A stretch of 64,000 nt of DNA from Actinomycetota bacterium. Lineage in GTDB: Bacteria; Actinomycetota; UBA4738; HRBIN12. Positions 1 to 7,639 of this stretch are shown here, piece after piece. Made by a program: the position numbers and the translations under genes. Location: assembly GCA_016201135.1 (NCBI GenBank), contig JACQDK010000073.1:2416-66415 (forward strand). The letters run 5' to 3'. Under the pieces are notes generated by a model. The model was not told where the DNA came from. It did not search any database and was given only the letters and a program-made list of their open reading frames with translations. The number at the start of each line of letters is the position of its first letter. The first letter of the stretch is position 1.

Positions 1-308
1 TTGCCAAGGCCGTCGATGACGGCGATGCCATGGTCCTGCAGAATCTCCCGGGCCTCTGCTGTGGTCTTGCCGGCGATGAGCAAGAGCGGCAGGTCCGGAC
101 GGGCTTGCGCGTAGTGGACGAGCTGCCACGCGGTGGCTGGGTTGGCGTCGCGTTTGAACTCGACGGCGACTGGGGCTCGGTTGTCGGCGAAGCGAAGGAT
201 CGCGTCGATGGCACGATCGGCCCCGCCCGGCTCGGCGATCACGGTCAGGCCCGGGATCTCCCGTAGGATGCGGAGGGCCTCCGCCTCGAAGGGACCCTCG
301 ATCTTCAC
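1..308 (-). CDS. hypothetical protein, 5' portion only (gene continues beyond window start); possible PD-(D/E)xK-like motif
   Basis: Minus-strand reading frame from a GTG near 306-308: VKIEGPFEAEALRILREIPGLTVIAEPGGADRAIDAILRFADNRAPVAVEFKRD...IAGKTTAEAREILQDHGIAVIDGLGN. G/C-rich third codon positions. Absent from the ORF track because it is truncated by the window edge. Confidence 0.4.
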   Translation of the reverse strand, partial: MKIEGPFEAEALRILREIPGLTVIAEPGGADRAIDAILRFADNRAPVAVEFKRDANPATAWQLVHYAQARPDLPLLLIAGKTTAEAREILQDHGIAVIDGLG

Positions 309-357
309 AAGTTCTCTCTTATTCACAACGACTGTGAATATAGCTGATTCTGTGAAT
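304..357. promoter_or_regulatory. nested inverted repeat operator candidate: TTCACA (304-309, 322-327) facing TGTGAA (333-338, 352-357)
   Basis: Seen directly: cTTCACAAgttctctcttaTTCACAAcgacTGTGAAtatagctgattcTGTGAAtc. The inner unit ATTCACA-ACGAC-TGTGAAT is a perfect 7-5-7 palindrome. It lies in the relatively AT-rich gap between the helicase stop (436) and the start of the next minus-strand gene (308) and overlaps a TATATT -10-like hexamer on the minus strand. Confidence 0.45.
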
Positions 358-435
358 CTTGACACGGGAAAGCATAGAGTCGCTCTGTCCAGGGCGTACC
401 TGCGGGGAGCCGGGCGGCACTCTGCAGGCCACAGG

Positions 436-2808
436 TCACACCGATCGCCCAGACCGGGTGGCTTTCGTGTCGAATCCGAGGCTCGCGAACCCGGGAAGAC
501 GCTTGGCATGCATGCGGGCGAGCACGGGCACACCCGCGTCGACGTAGTCGTGGACCTCGACCTTGGTCTTCTCGTCGGTCGGGCGCAGCACCCGTCCGAC
601 GTACTGGACGATCCTGCCCTTGAAGGCGATCGGGAAGGCGAGGAACAGCGTGTCGAGCGACGGGCAGTCGAATCCTTCGCCGAGGAAGCTGCCGGTGGCG
701 ATGAGGAGGAGGCCGCCGGCAGGGCCACGAGCCGTGAGCTCTGCGATCACCGCCGATCGGGCCTTCTTGCCCATCCCGCCCTGGAGCACGAGCGGCGAGA
801 GACCAAGCCGTCCGAGCTCGGCGACGATCAGGTCGATGTGCTCTGTCCACTGGGTGAGCACGAGGCAGTTCCGACCGTTGGCGACAGCAGCAGCGATGTC
901 CGCGCAGATCGCTCTTGTCCGTTCGGCGTCCGCCACGAGTGCGCGGAACAGCTCCTGGATGCCGAGGTCAGCGGCCTCGGGGATCGTGAGCTTCGTCCGA
1001 TGGACCACGAGCTCGAGCCTGTGAGGCATGGCCTCCGTCGCCGTCGTGATCCGGTGGCGGATCGGTCCGCAATACATGGTGATGAGCCCTTGGAGGCCGT
1101 CGCGCCGGTACGGCGTGGCGGTGAGCCCGAGCCATCGCCGGACCGGGATCTGGCGAACGCAGCGCTCGAAGGTGACCGCAGGCACATGGTGACATTCGTC
1201 GACGACCACCAGTCCGTAACCAGCGGTGAGCTCCGCGATGTCCTCCCGCCGGGCCAGGCTCTGCGCCATGGCGATGTCGACGATGCCTCTCGTTCGGTTG
1301 CGTCCCCCGCCGAGCTGACCGATCGCCTTCGGGTCGAGGCCCAGGTGGGTCGCGAGCCGATCGCGCCACTGCTCGACGAGGGGCTTGCGATCGACGATCA
1401 CCAGCGTCGGACGGTCGTAGTGGGCAATGAGCGCACACGCGATGACCGTCTTGCCGGTGCCGGGAGGAGCGACCAGGACCCCCTGGTCGTTGCAGGCGAT
1501 GGCATCACATGCCAGTTGCTGCTCGGCGGTGAGCCGCGCCCGGAGGCGGAAGCCGACCGGCTCCGGGTCGCGGCACTCGTCGTGGACGCCGAGCCGGCTC
1601 CCCGCCTCGGCGACGATCGAGGCGGCCTGTTCCCGAAGGCCCCTGGGCAACAGCAATCGGTCGAGGGTCTCGCCGTAGCAGCGGATGAACCGCGGGGTGT
1701 TCCAGGTGGAGAGGCGGAGCCGTTCCTTCTCGTAGTACTGGGGATTGTGCAGCGACGCCAGATGCTTGAGGGCCGACAGCAGGGCCGGCGGGATGCCGCT
1801 TCGCTCAACGGCCAGCATCGCACCGGCCCAGGCGTGAATCGTCTCGGGAGGCGCCGGAGCGGGCATCGACGATCGAGGTCGCCGATACGTGGCATCATCG
1901 GGCCCGGCGCCAACCGGCCCGATCGTCTCGACCATGTGCGCCAGCGTCTCCCGCGCCAGCCGCGGGAGGCCGGCGAGATACGCCCACTGGTCCTTGACGG
2001 GTTCGAGCGTCGTCGGGTCGAGGAAGACGGTGGTTCCTTTCTTGCGGCACTGGCCTTGCAGCGGCAGGGCGATGAGGTTGCCGAACGACCCTCTCGGCAT
2101 GAAGTCCTGAGTCGGAAACAGCCGATCGTAGCTAGCGAGGTCGAGCTCGCCGCGTTCGGTCATCGCCTCCCGGAGCAGGTGCACGCCGAGCTGGCGAGCT
2201 GAGGTCGCGGGCACCGGGCCGCTTAACAAGACCCAGACATGGGCACCCTCATCCGAGCGCGACCGCTCGAGTGCCGCAGGGACACCGGCGGCCCGAGCGG
2301 CATCGAGGTAGGCAAGGGCGTCGAGCACCCACCCGGTGCCGTCGAAGTCACACACCAGAAGACGGCAGGCATCGCCCCGGAGCAGCGGGTACAACCCGGC
2401 GTGAATCTCGCCGGCGAGATGGGATGCGATCACCTGGTCGGAGAAGGCCAGGTACTCGCGTCCTTGCTTGCGAGCATTGACCCAGCCACCTCGGACCGCC
2501 GGGCCCCAGCCGGCCTTGCCGGTGCGCTCGTTCTCCCACCTGAGCGCGTACACGTCCTCGCGCCCGGCAAACAGCGATCGGAACAGCGCCACCTTGGCTT
2601 GTTGAGACGACGCCTGGCCAACAGACGCCAACCTGACATCGGCGCCCGGCTCCTGGTCCGGGAACAGGCTGGGCTTCCATGGCTCCACCGGGGCGGTTCG
2701 GGCGGGGTCGTCAAGACCCAACAGGTCGCGCAAACGCCTGTTCTCGGCTTGAAGCGCCGCGAGTTGGCGGCCGAGCTCGGCGATCGAGGGAGAAGATGAC
2801 TCGCTCAC
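436..2808 (-). CDS. archaeo-eukaryotic primase-polymerase (PrimPol-like) domain fused to a DEAH-type SF2 helicase; architecture reminiscent of defence/conflict-system primase-helicase proteins (TOTE-like)
   Basis: 790 aa. N-terminal coiled coil IAELGRQLAALQAENRRLRDLL. PrimPol motifs LVCDFDG (DxD), GAHVWVLL (sxH-like) and GNLIALPLQG. Helicase Walker A LVAPPGTGKT, motif II VVVDECHH and TAT-like LGLTATP. GTG start preceded by GGGGAGA. Confidence 0.8.
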   Translation of the reverse strand: MSESSSPSIAELGRQLAALQAENRRLRDLLGLDDPARTAPVEPWKPSLFPDQEPGADVRLASVGQASSQQAKVALFRSLFAGREDVYALRWENERTGKAGWGPAVRGGWVNARKQGREYLAFSDQVIASHLAGEIHAGLYPLLRGDACRLLVCDFDGTGWVLDALAYLDAARAAGVPAALERSRSDEGAHVWVLLSGPVPATSARQLGVHLLREAMTERGELDLASYDRLFPTQDFMPRGSFGNLIALPLQGQCRKKGTTVFLDPTTLEPVKDQWAYLAGLPRLARETLAHMVETIGPVGAGPDDATYRRPRSSMPAPAPPETIHAWAGAMLAVERSGIPPALLSALKHLASLHNPQYYEKERLRLSTWNTPRFIRCYGETLDRLLLPRGLREQAASIVAEAGSRLGVHDECRDPEPVGFRLRARLTAEQQLACDAIACNDQGVLVAPPGTGKTVIACALIAHYDRPTLVIVDRKPLVEQWRDRLATHLGLDPKAIGQLGGGRNRTRGIVDIAMAQSLARREDIAELTAGYGLVVVDECHHVPAVTFERCVRQIPVRRWLGLTATPYRRDGLQGLITMYCGPIRHRITTATEAMPHRLELVVHRTKLTIPEAADLGIQELFRALVADAERTRAICADIAAAVANGRNCLVLTQWTEHIDLIVAELGRLGLSPLVLQGGMGKKARSAVIAELTARGPAGGLLLIATGSFLGEGFDCPSLDTLFLAFPIAFKGRIVQYVGRVLRPTDEKTKVEVHDYVDAGVPVLARMHAKRLPGFASLGFDTKATRSGRSV

Positions 2809-3086
2809 GTCGGTCTCCCCATGACATCCGGGTGATCGCGGTGTCCGGAGTCAGTCGTCATCCTGCATCTCCGCTTGCCCCTGGCCCCGGCGAACAGGTT
2901 GAGTATGCCGCCAAGGCGCTCCACCCTGTCCCTGAAGTACTCGTACATTGCCCGCAGGCGCTTTCGCAGGTGTTCGTCGTCGGGGGCGAACGTCGCTCGT
3001 CGCCGTTGGGTGGAGCGTGCCTGTCCGACCAGGGCGCAGGCCATTCTCTCTGAGACCCCGAAGCGCCGGCAAAGGTGGGGGGCCAC
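2805..3086 (-). pseudogene. IS3-family transposase OrfB, N-terminal 93-aa fragment only
   Basis: HTH_21-like N-terminus (RRFGVSERMACALVGQ), then the ORF terminates. No integrase/DDE region follows. Confidence 0.65.
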
Positions 3087-3174
3087 CCGTCTGCAGCGTT
3101 CGGGGCTCAGAAGTTTCCCCGAGCCACCTCCTTTAGCATGTCGATGTCAAGCGCCTGGTCGGCGACGATCTTCT

Positions 3175-3426
3175 TCAGGCGGGTGTTCTCTTCTGCAGGT
3201 TCTTCAGCACCACGACGTCTTCTGGGCGCATGGAGTGGTACTGGTGCTTCCAGCGATGGTAGGTCTGGACCGAGATCTCCAGGCGACGCATCACCTCGGG
3301 GAGCTCGATGCCCTCCTCGAGCAGGCACTCGGCCTCACGCAGCTTGCGGATGACCTGCTCGGGGGTGTGGCGCTTCCTCTTCATGAGGGTCACCTCCTGC
3401 CCCTTCGGGGCAGTCGTGACTCTCAT
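3175..3426 (-). CDS. IS3-family transposase OrfA (HTH)
   Basis: MKRKRHTPEQVIRKLREAE...LEISVQTYHRWK is typical of IS3 OrfA. Probable start at the internal M (MKRKRH). Confidence 0.7.
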   Translation of the reverse strand: MRVTTAPKGQEVTLMKRKRHTPEQVIRKLREAECLLEEGIELPEVMRRLEISVQTYHRWKHQYHSMRPEDVVVLKNLQKRTPA

Positions 3427-3724
3427 AGCACGCGTGGACTCGTTTACGGGGGTCAGTTACGGTCAGCCGGACCCCGGCGCGCAGAGTTTGGTAGGCGGGG
3501 GGCCGGGTGCCTCCGTTCGCCAGCCACGTTCCGGCCGTCTGCAGATCGCGGTACCCGAGGGCGGGTTAGATCGAACCTTTCAAGGCAGCGGTAGCCGCTG
3601 CCGGAGGCGCATCAGGCGTCGCAGGTCTGGTCCAAGGCCCCCTTGGGGCACGAACCTGCGCACCGTCGACGCGGCGCTCCCGTCGGCGCAAGGGGCCTCA
3701 GGCGACGCGACCCCACGCCCTCGC

Positions 3725-3787
3725 GCTCACCCAGACACGCGGGCCCGGCTCACCACGGTTCGTACGCTGGAACCTTCGCCTCCGCAA
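3725..3787. repeat. dispersed repeat, copy 1 (truncated relative to copy 2)
   Basis: GCTCACCCAGACACGCGGGCCCGGCTCACCACGGTTCGTACGCTGGAACCTTCGCCTCCGC matches 27666..27748 over about 60 nt. It is followed by unusually AT-rich AAATTACACGAATGTAGTTTAGATAGG. Lies about 125 nt downstream of the minus-strand gene ending at 3913. Confidence 0.6.
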
Positions 3788-3912
3788 ATTACACGAATGT
3801 AGTTTAGATAGGAGTGCCTGTACGCTGCGGCCGAACACCTCGTGGACGCCTGCCGTCGAACTCTCGGGTTGGCGCATGAAACGTCTCTCGGCCCGTACGC
3901 TCGACTTCTGGA

Positions 3913-4119
3913 TCAGGGAGTAGGCTGCTCCTGCGCAGCGGGACCCTCTTGGGAATGAAGGCGGCATCGCGTCACTATCAGGTTCCCCTCCCCCAGAAAC
4001 TCCCGGGGAAACACCCACTCGCACCGGATGCAGACCCGGTCGCCTGCTCTGAGCCACCCACGTGTCTCGGGGAGATCCCGGGCCCGGGCGAGCTCCGAAC
4101 CGCAGCACCCGCAGATCAT
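3913..4119 (-). CDS. small zinc-ribbon-like protein (CxxC...CxxC), hypothetical
   Basis: 68 aa, MICGCCGSELARARDLPETRGWLRAGDRVCIRCEW. G/C-rich third positions. Its ATG overlaps the stop of the upstream CBS-domain ORF (ATGA at 4116-4119). GGAGGAG about 12 nt upstream. Confidence 0.35.
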   Translation of the reverse strand: MICGCCGSELARARDLPETRGWLRAGDRVCIRCEWVFPREFLGEGNLIVTRCRLHSQEGPAAQEQPTP

Positions 4120-4796
4120 TTTCGGCTCGTCTCCTCCGCGTCGGATCGCCGGAACAAGCCGACCAAGCGTCCCTCGGACGTGGTAACGAGTGCTGTGGAG
4201 ATGTCGCGCTCGTCCATAAAGCGCGTCATCTCCTCCACGACGACGTTCGGACGGAACGTACTCGGACCCGAGCGCATCACATCTTCGGCTGCCGTGGAGC
4301 TATCGCTTGAGAGCTCGCTCGCGAAGAGCCGGCCGAGCACGACCCCTTCGTCGTTCACCACGATACAGGTGTCCCACCCGGCAGCCCGAACGCGCTCAGC
4401 CACGCCGGACACGGCTTCGTCCAGCCGGCAGGTCGGGACGTCGGACCTAGCGAGACTGCCGACCCGAGGGACCTCCGCCCGCTCGCCTTCGATCGGACGG
4501 CCACGGGCGAACCAGTCGGCCTTTCCCGCGGCGTAGTCGTACACCTTCCGAAACCCCAGGCTCTCGAGCCGCCACGCGGCTCGTGGACTCATGTCTCACT
4601 GGTAATCGTGGCAGTACACGATCACCGGCGCGTCGCGGTTCAGGCGAGCGACCCGCTCACGGTCCAGCTCTTTCAGAGGGAGGTTGATCGCCCCCGGGAG
4701 GTGTTCCTCCCGGTACTCGTCCACCGGAAGGACCTCGACCAGCTGGGCGCCCTCCGAGAGCAGCCCCACGACTTCGTCGGCGTCGATGGCTCTCAC
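4116..4796 (-). pseudogene. rhodanese-domain + CBS-pair protein interrupted by one in-frame TGA (4596..4598)
   Basis: ORFs 4596..4796 (…APVIVYCHDYQ*) and 4116..4592 (MSPRAAWRLESLGFRKVYDYAAGKADW… then two CBS motifs) are in the same frame, separated only by a TGA. The stop falls inside the rhodanese CX5R-type active-site loop, right after the catalytic Cys. Confidence 0.55.
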
Positions 4797-4943
4797 GTCC
4801 CGCCCTCCTTTCTCCTGTCTCCTGCTTCCTGGTGGACTCGCTGCTCGACGGAAAGACTCCTACCCGTTCATAGTAGAAGCCGTCGATGTGGGCAAATCGG
4901 CTTGCTGGGACCCTGGGCGCGTCAACGAGCGACTAAGAATCGG

Positions 4944-7061
4944 ATGTCTGAGGACCTGAGCGTCAACCCGTGGGCCGACGTTGCACGGGTCGGGATGGGC
5001 CCGGGCGGCACCGTCAGCTTGGTCGAGGGCTCCACGTTCCTCATCTCGGATGCGTGGGGCGACGTGCTGCCAGGCGGGGCTCAGGGGCTCTTTCATCGAG
5101 ACACGCGGTTCCTTTCCCGGCTCGAGCTGCTCGTTGACGGGCAGAGGCCAGAGGCCCTGGCGGCCCGGGCAGTCGACCCGTACTCCGCCCGGTTCGTCCT
5201 CCGTGTGCCGTTGGAGGGGCCTGGTGAGTCCCCCATCGTGGCGGTGCGGAACCGGTTCGTCGGTGATGGTCTTCATGAGGACCTGGACATCACGAACCAC
5301 GGGCTGGAGCCAGTCAAGCTCACCGTGGAGTTCCTGATCGAGGCCGACTTCGCCGACCTGTTCGAGGTGAAGGCCCTTGGTGGCGCGGGGACGGCGGACA
5401 TCACGCGCCGCGTCGTCCCGGAGGAACGCCTCCTAGAGCTCGAGTATGCGCACGACGGCTTCCGCCGCGCCACGGAGGTCCGCCTCACAGCCCGCCCTGA
5501 GGAGATCACGACGTCGGGAGCCCGGTTCCGTGTAACACTCTCGCCCGACGAGACGTGGCACACGTGCGTCGAGGTGTGCCTCAACCTAGGTGCGGCCCGG
5601 TGCCTCCCCAAGTGCAGGTGCGAGGCTTTTGGAAGTCTCGCCGTCCCCCTTGCGAAGCGGGCAGCGGTCTGGCGCGCGGCGTTCCCGGAGCTCCGGTCGG
5701 GCTGGGACGCCTTGAACCACCTGTACCGGCAGGGTGTGGGCGACCTCACCGCCCTACTCATGGAGGACCCGGACGGGCAGGGCGACCTCGTCGTGGCGGC
5801 CGGTCTCCCCTGGTTCATGACCCTCTTCGGACGCGACGCCATCCTCACCGCCTTTATGACACTCCCATTCGACCGCGAGCTGGCCGCTGGGGTGCTTCGC
5901 ACCCTCGCGCGACACCAGGGGGAGAAGGAGGACGAGACGTCAGAGGAGCAGCCCGGCAAGATCCTGCACGAGATTCGCTTCGGCGAGGTGGCCGTTCGCG
6001 GAGGTACGGACGTCTACTACGGCACCGTCGACGCCACACCCCTCTTCGTGATCCTCGTGGCGGAGGCGCATCGATGGGGACTTGCCTGGGACGAGGTGAA
6101 GGCCCTGCTGCCGAACGTGCGACGAGCGCTCGAGTGGATGCGGACGCACGGTGACCCCGACGGCGACGGCTACCTCGAGTACCCGGGGCGGACCGACCGG
6201 GGCCTGCGGAACCAGGGGTGGAAGGACTCTTGGGACGCGGTCCAGTTCGCCGACGGCGCCCTGGCGGAAGGCCCGATCGCCCTCGCCGAGGTTCAAGGCT
6301 ACAAGTACCGCGCGCTCCTGGATGCTGCGCAGCTGTTCGACGCGGCCGAGGAGGATGTGGAGGCCACGATCGCGCGCCGGGAGGCCGCCGCCTTGGCCGA
6401 GAGGTTCCGCCGCGACTTCTGGCTCGAGGAGGGCGGCTATCCGGCCCTGGCGCTGGACGGCAAGAAGCGGCGCGTCGATGCAGTGGCGTCCAACGCGGGA
6501 CATCTGCTCTGGACCGGGATCCTCTCGGCCGAGCAGGAGAAGGAGGTGGCCCGGCGGATCGTCTCCCCGGAACTCTTCAGCGGATGGGGCCTCCGCACGC
6601 TCGCGACGTCGAACCGCGGCTACAAACCCGTCTCCTACCACGTCGGCAGCGTGTGGCCGCACGATACTGCGATCGCCATCGCAGGCCTGGCTCGAGCGGG
6701 CTTCGTCGAGGAAGCCCTCACACTCGCGCAAGGGCTCTTGGACGCGGCTCCCCACTTCTCGTACCGGCTCCCGGAGCTTTTCTCGGGGTTCCCCCAGGAT
6801 AACTTCGGCTTCCCGGTCGGCTACCCGACGACATCGAGTCCCCAGGCATGGGCGGCTGCTTCAGTGCTGCTCGTGATCCGCGCCCTCTTGGGGCTCGAAC
6901 CGACCGAAGACGGGTTGAGCATCCGACCGGTCCTCCCGGCCAACGCTCTTCCGATCGGGCTGGAAGGGCTTCGCAGAGGCTCCGTGCGTCTCTCGATCAA
7001 CGCGGCCGTCGATGGATCGGTGGAGCTCACGGAGCTGGCCGAGACAAGACCCGTTGGCTGA
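4944..7061 (+). CDS. amylo-alpha-1,6-glucosidase / glycogen debranching enzyme (GDE) family protein
   Basis: About 705 aa from MSEDLSVNPWADV. Long (alpha/alpha)6-barrel-type C-terminal region (GWKDSWDAV, GYKPVSYHVGSVWPHDTA) typical of bacterial GDE_C-family proteins. Confidence 0.8.
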   Translation: MSEDLSVNPWADVARVGMGPGGTVSLVEGSTFLISDAWGDVLPGGAQGLFHRDTRFLSRLELLVDGQRPEALAARAVDPYSARFVLRVPLEGPGESPIVAVRNRFVGDGLHEDLDITNHGLEPVKLTVEFLIEADFADLFEVKALGGAGTADITRRVVPEERLLELEYAHDGFRRATEVRLTARPEEITTSGARFRVTLSPDETWHTCVEVCLNLGAARCLPKCRCEAFGSLAVPLAKRAAVWRAAFPELRSGWDALNHLYRQGVGDLTALLMEDPDGQGDLVVAAGLPWFMTLFGRDAILTAFMTLPFDRELAAGVLRTLARHQGEKEDETSEEQPGKILHEIRFGEVAVRGGTDVYYGTVDATPLFVILVAEAHRWGLAWDEVKALLPNVRRALEWMRTHGDPDGDGYLEYPGRTDRGLRNQGWKDSWDAVQFADGALAEGPIALAEVQGYKYRALLDAAQLFDAAEEDVEATIARREAAALAERFRRDFWLEEGGYPALALDGKKRRVDAVASNAGHLLWTGILSAEQEKEVARRIVSPELFSGWGLRTLATSNRGYKPVSYHVGSVWPHDTAIAIAGLARAGFVEEALTLAQGLLDAAPHFSYRLPELFSGFPQDNFGFPVGYPTTSSPQAWAAASVLLVIRALLGLEPTEDGLSIRPVLPANALPIGLEGLRRGSVRLSINAAVDGSVELTELAETRPVG

Positions 7062-7221
7062 GTGAGACTGTCGCCCTCCATGGAGCGGGAACCTCGCCGC
7101 TCTACATCACCAGGTCACAAGGCACGTGTCGCCCGGCCCGGGCCGAACGGAGCCTGCGAGACCGCGCATCCTCGCGCCCACCGGCATCGGAGATAGCCCG
7201 CTTCGCAGTTACGGCCGATCC

Positions 7222-7602
7222 CTACCCGGCTGCCTGCATCGACGCCATGACGTCTTGCCGGGCCTCATCGGGCAGGCCCTGCAACCCGGCCTGCGTGGCG
7301 CCCATCTCGCGCTGGCGCGCCTCTTCGGGCAGCTCGCCCAGGACCGATAGGTGGGTCCGGATCAAGCTCACCTGAGTCTCGCGAGGGAGCTCCGACAGTG
7401 CCCACGTCCGGCTCGCCACGAGCTTCTCGTGGTCGTCGTCGGAGAGCGCGTGGATCGCGTGGAGCATCTGCCCCATCGCCTGCCTGCGCTCCTCGTCACC
7501 CATGGCCGCGAACGCCTCGAGCCGAGACCGGAGCATCGTCCGGCGCGCGTTCTCGTCCAGGCTCGCCAGGGTCGCCGCCATATCCTCCATCCCCATCGAC
7601 AT
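7222..7602 (-). CDS. hypothetical soluble protein composed of ELPE(E/D)xR-type helical repeats
   Basis: Start MSMGMEDMAA with GGAAGGAGA RBS. Repeats LSELPRETQVSLIRTHL / LGELPEEARQREMGATQ / LQGLPDEARQDVMASMQ. Lies 5 nt after the stop of 7640..8962. Confidence 0.5.
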   Translation of the reverse strand: MSMGMEDMAATLASLDENARRTMLRSRLEAFAAMGDEERRQAMGQMLHAIHALSDDDHEKLVASRTWALSELPRETQVSLIRTHLSVLGELPEEARQREMGATQAGLQGLPDEARQDVMASMQAAG

Positions 7603-7639
7603 CGTTGTCTCCTTCCCCGCGCTTCTCGCGCGCACTTCC

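Larger units (their letters stand above)
2805..3430 (-). mobile_element. IS3-family insertion sequence remnant (OrfA with -1 frameshift continuation plus 5'-truncated OrfB; no DDE core)
   Basis: OrfA 3175..3426 (MKRKRHTPEQVIRKLREAECLLEEG...ISVQTYHRWK). Its continuation in another frame 3107..3328 (ENTRLKKIVADQALDIDMLKEV). OrfB N-terminal fragment 2805..3086 (LCRRFGVSERMACALVGQARSTQRR). OrfB stops after 93 aa exactly where the 436..2808 gene begins. Confidence 0.7.

Noticed and set aside
133-2202. Long plus-strand ORF (689 aa) and other long ORFs antisense to well-supported genes, e.g. 12378..14114, 16119..17504, 23876..25351, 32644..34128, 47227..49710, 47681..49861 and 57265..59541
   Set aside because: They are Arg/Pro/Gly/Ala-rich low-complexity translations lying opposite genes with clear domain motifs. 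This is the typical antisense ORF inflation of GC-rich DNA.
3420-3800. Possible group II intron 3' end (domain V-like GGTTCGTACG motif) next to a CxxC ORF
   Set aside because: The element order does not fit the domain V consensus (GAGC...GTACGGTTC) in either orientation. No GUGYG 5' end and no reverse-transcriptase ORF were seen. The motif is better explained as a hairpin repeat shared with 27666..27748.
4596-4598. Interpreting the in-frame TGA of the rhodanese-CBS gene as selenocysteine
   Set aside because: Not adopted as the primary call. The TGA is not at the catalytic Cys position itself, and no SECIS-like hairpin is evident immediately downstream. Left as a testable alternative in the findings.
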